Source of the DNA: Centroscyllium fabricii
Taxonomy: Eukaryota
Reading direction: 5' to 3'
DNA length: 64,000 nucleotides
Assembly: GCA_051313645.2 (NCBI GenBank)
Contig: JBNRSN020000034.1
Span: 24,180,001-24,244,000 of the forward strand
Numbering within the stretch: the stretch's first letter is position 1; each line of letters opens with the position of its first letter. Positions 62,641-64,000 of the stretch are shown piece after piece. The notes under the pieces were generated by a model. That model searched no databases and had not been told where the DNA came from. It saw nothing but the letters and a program-made list of their open reading frames with translations. Position numbers and translations under genes: made by a program.

Positions 62641-64000
62641 CGTGGCCAACACCTTCCTTCTAATGACGACTATTTCTTCTGGACCATTGGCTGGTCTAAC
62701 ACCTTCCTTCTAATGATGAGTATTTCTTCTGTCTTAATACTTTTATTACCATTAGAAGCAATACCTTTTAGTATATTTGATATGTGCCACACTTGTACTT
62801 GTGGTATAAACAGAATACACATTGATACATTTATTTCATCCACGAGCAAAAACATTGCAGCTTGCTTATGATGGATTTTGGGTTCTTCACTCATGGGAGA
62901 AATGCTACATGACAGGAGGTAAACAATAAAACGCACCAACAAAATAATACAGTGCAGCTTGGTTTTAGTTTATCACCTCTTCACTTTGTGCCTTATTGAC
63001 TAGTACAGTGAACTATAACCAAATTGGTGCCACTCAAAGGACAATTGGAAAAAGTTATTCCAATGTACCAATCATAAGGAAGGTATGTACACCAACATTT
63101 CCTGGTCATTACTATTCCAGCTACTCTATGGTATTGAGAACCATGAGCGTTCCTTGACTGGAAATTCTTCTGAATAAATCTTCCCGACTTGCCAGAATGG
63201 ACAGTTTAACTGGCTTTGAACTGTGCAAAATCTCTGTCAAACTGAACAAATTAGTTTTAAAATTCTTAACTTTAGCAAACAGATAGTCAGTTGCCATGAC
63301 GAGGTTACTAGCAAGAATCTGAGTTAGTTATACGTTTGGTGTATTACACTGTCATAATGTCTAGGGGTCCTCTTTACAGTGTGTGCAAATATGGCAAGTA
63401 AAAAGGAAAGATTTTAAATAGCAACATAACAAAAAGTGAAAGAGCAGTGCAATCTGGCACATGGGTACTGGCCAACCAGATTACTTGCCCGATTATATAT
63501 ACCAGAGTGGAACTTTGAGTAATCAGTGTAATGACACACTTGAACGGCACTTATCAGACATGCATGTGAAACCTTCCCCTTTGCCCCAATTGATGGCTTA
63601 GAGAGATAATCCAATTAGTAAATGAGCCACACAGACCAGAACATTCCAAAGTTTGATTCCCAGTCTGTAGTAAGATAGTTGATCTTAACCTGATCTTAAC
63701 CAGGGTGGTGATAGGAGTACTATAATTGGCTTTAGAACCTGAATTAGGGAGAAGAAAATTCATATGTTCCCTGCTCCTGATCAGTATTCAGAGACCTCAT
63801 GAGGTCTCCCATATTTGAAAAGTTCACTGCGATTCATCATCAAGACTCACATATGAATGACGAGCACTTGGTCAAGACACTGGGGGATGCAGTTGGAATC
63901 TTACACAATCAAAAGTCAACGCCTTCTGTACAGGAGGGAAGAAAATAATGGGAGAAATCTGGCAAAAAAGGACAAGAGCAAGATTTCAGCACCAGAATTG

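Overview
Vertebrate genomic DNA, almost certainly from an elasmobranch (shark or ray): it carries HE1/V-SINE and SacSINE1-type SINEs, HER1/CR1 tails and shark-type Penelope repeats. The only host protein-coding gene I can support is the 5' part of EBF1 (COE-family transcription factor) on the minus strand. Coding exons 1-5 lie at 42542-42409, 41762-41606, 41102-41039, 40239-40184 and 35432-35359, all with GT-AG junctions and in register. Exon 6 was not found and may lie in the 200-N gap at 31328-31527 or beyond position 1. Positions 1-35358 are intronic and repeat-rich. They contain a decayed Gypsy LTR retroelement, a Penelope-like RT/GIY-YIG fragment, a Vingi/Ingi-like LINE end, two families of young CpG-rich PIF/Harbinger MITEs, about 20 copies (window-wide) of an old AmnSINE2-like SINE, minisatellites and CNE-like unique blocks. 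About 35.9-48.7 kb is nearly transposon-free and CpG-retaining. The most unusual signal is a set of tiny, TSD-flanked, Penelope-derived insertions. They carry minimal hammerhead-ribozyme folds, one with an intact core at 51499-51533, and look like a retrozyme-type non-autonomous system. Most entries in the ORF track are spurious. Repeat boundaries were read by eye and are approximate unless TIRs or TSDs are given.
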